NCBI GenBank assembly: GCA_903813345.2
Contig: CAIIXF020000001.1
Span: forward strand, 29,946,001 to 30,010,000
Origin: Owenia fusiformis
Taxonomy: Eukaryota
Length of the DNA stretch: 64,000 nt
Direction: 5' to 3'
Positions 63,062 through 64,000 of the stretch are shown piece after piece. Position numbers and translations under genes: made by a program. The notes below the pieces were generated by a model. That model worked only from the letters and a program-made list of their open reading frames with translations, made no database searches and was not told the origin of the DNA. How positions within the stretch are numbered: position 1 is the first letter of the stretch; the number at the start of each line of letters is the position of its first letter.

Positions 63062-63647
63062 GTAAATATCGTGACAAACAGCTTTTGAACTTCTCTCTTC
63101 TATTACTAAAGGTAAAGTATACCATTGATAGTGCTGACTGTGCTTCGATGTTCTTATTTGGATATTTATTTTTTTATCATTTTCTTAGCATACAAAGATA
63201 CATGGTTGTAGATATATTAGCTAACAAATTGTGGGATGCTTTCCTGGCCTGCCCACATGCTATCTATTGCAAGACTTATGCCTGGCTCAACCGTCACCAT
63301 GTTATTAAGATTTTTGACATCTAAAAAGTTACTTGACTTTTTTGCAAAAAAACTTCCAAAAAGTGACAGTCGCATTTAATTCACATTGTCGTACTTAAAA
63401 AATGATCCACTGCCTAACTTATGCACCATCGAACTTGGTAATATTGTACACGTAACTATTAATAACGGTATATTCCCATAGAAAACTGGGCTTGCTTTTC
63501 TACATTTCAAACAAAAATTCTCTATGGAGCTTTTGTTTTTCTGACGTAAGTCGTAATTTCTTTTAAGAAATCGGTCACGTGACACAGTTCATTTCATCTT
63601 ATTTCGAAAGGGGTGTCATCTATTTAGAATATTTATTTTCATCTATA

Positions 63648-63828
63648 TATATTGCAAGGTCTGTCATTAACGTGGTAATGTTAAAGCCTGATATGACCGT
63701 GACAATGCTATATTATATTGCAAGGCCTACCATGACCGTGGTAATGTTAAAGCCTGATATGACCGTGCCATATCACAATCATATCAGGCTTTAACATTAC
63801 CAAGGTCACGACAGGCCTTGAAATATAA
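63648..63828. repeat. ~65-bp unit present twice in tandem plus once inverted
   Basis: gtggtaatgttaaagcctgatatgaccgtg x2, followed by tcatatcaggctttaacattacca. Confidence 0.85.
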
Positions 63829-64000
63829 TTAATTTATCATTTGTGTGAATTTGGTTGGGTAGACAGGCCAGGAAAGCATTTCCCGCAATATAGAAGTGAC
63901 TAGTGTGTACGACCCTCGTATGCAAGAAAATAAGAAAAAATAAATATCCTAATAAGAAAAAATAACAACAAATAACAGCATACGACGGTCAGATTTATAC

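Noticed and set aside
503..63794. Most remaining 60-120 aa ORFs in the supplied track
   Set aside because: They are antisense or alternate-frame shadows of real exons, repeat-derived, or of random composition without splice or motif support.

Overview
AT-rich eukaryotic (animal, probably a marine invertebrate; species cannot be determined from sequence alone) genomic window with GT-AG introns. Four spliced genes could be reconstructed exon by exon. (1) An ankyrin-repeat gene on the - strand that runs off the left edge. (2) SERINC on the + strand (11 exons, ~462 aa). (3) A ZNF704/ZNF395-type C2H2 + C-clamp transcription factor on the - strand (~522 aa). (4) A KHDRBS/Sam68-type STAR RNA-binding protein on the - strand (~449 aa). 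Two genes are nested in introns of the ankyrin gene: an FkbM-like SAM methyltransferase with an uninterrupted CDS and a signal anchor, and a very acidic secreted 6-cysteine peptide. Signals not evident from the ORF track include an alternative coding first exon of the ZNF704-like gene, frame-preserving microexon candidates in SERINC and KHDRBS, and a decayed multi-exon pseudogene. The window also holds a 37-bp minisatellite and many non-autonomous DNA transposons or foldback palindromes, including a 59-bp element with its own 8-bp TSD. No CRISPR array, rRNA or intact tRNA gene is supported. All family assignments come from motif recognition, not database searches.
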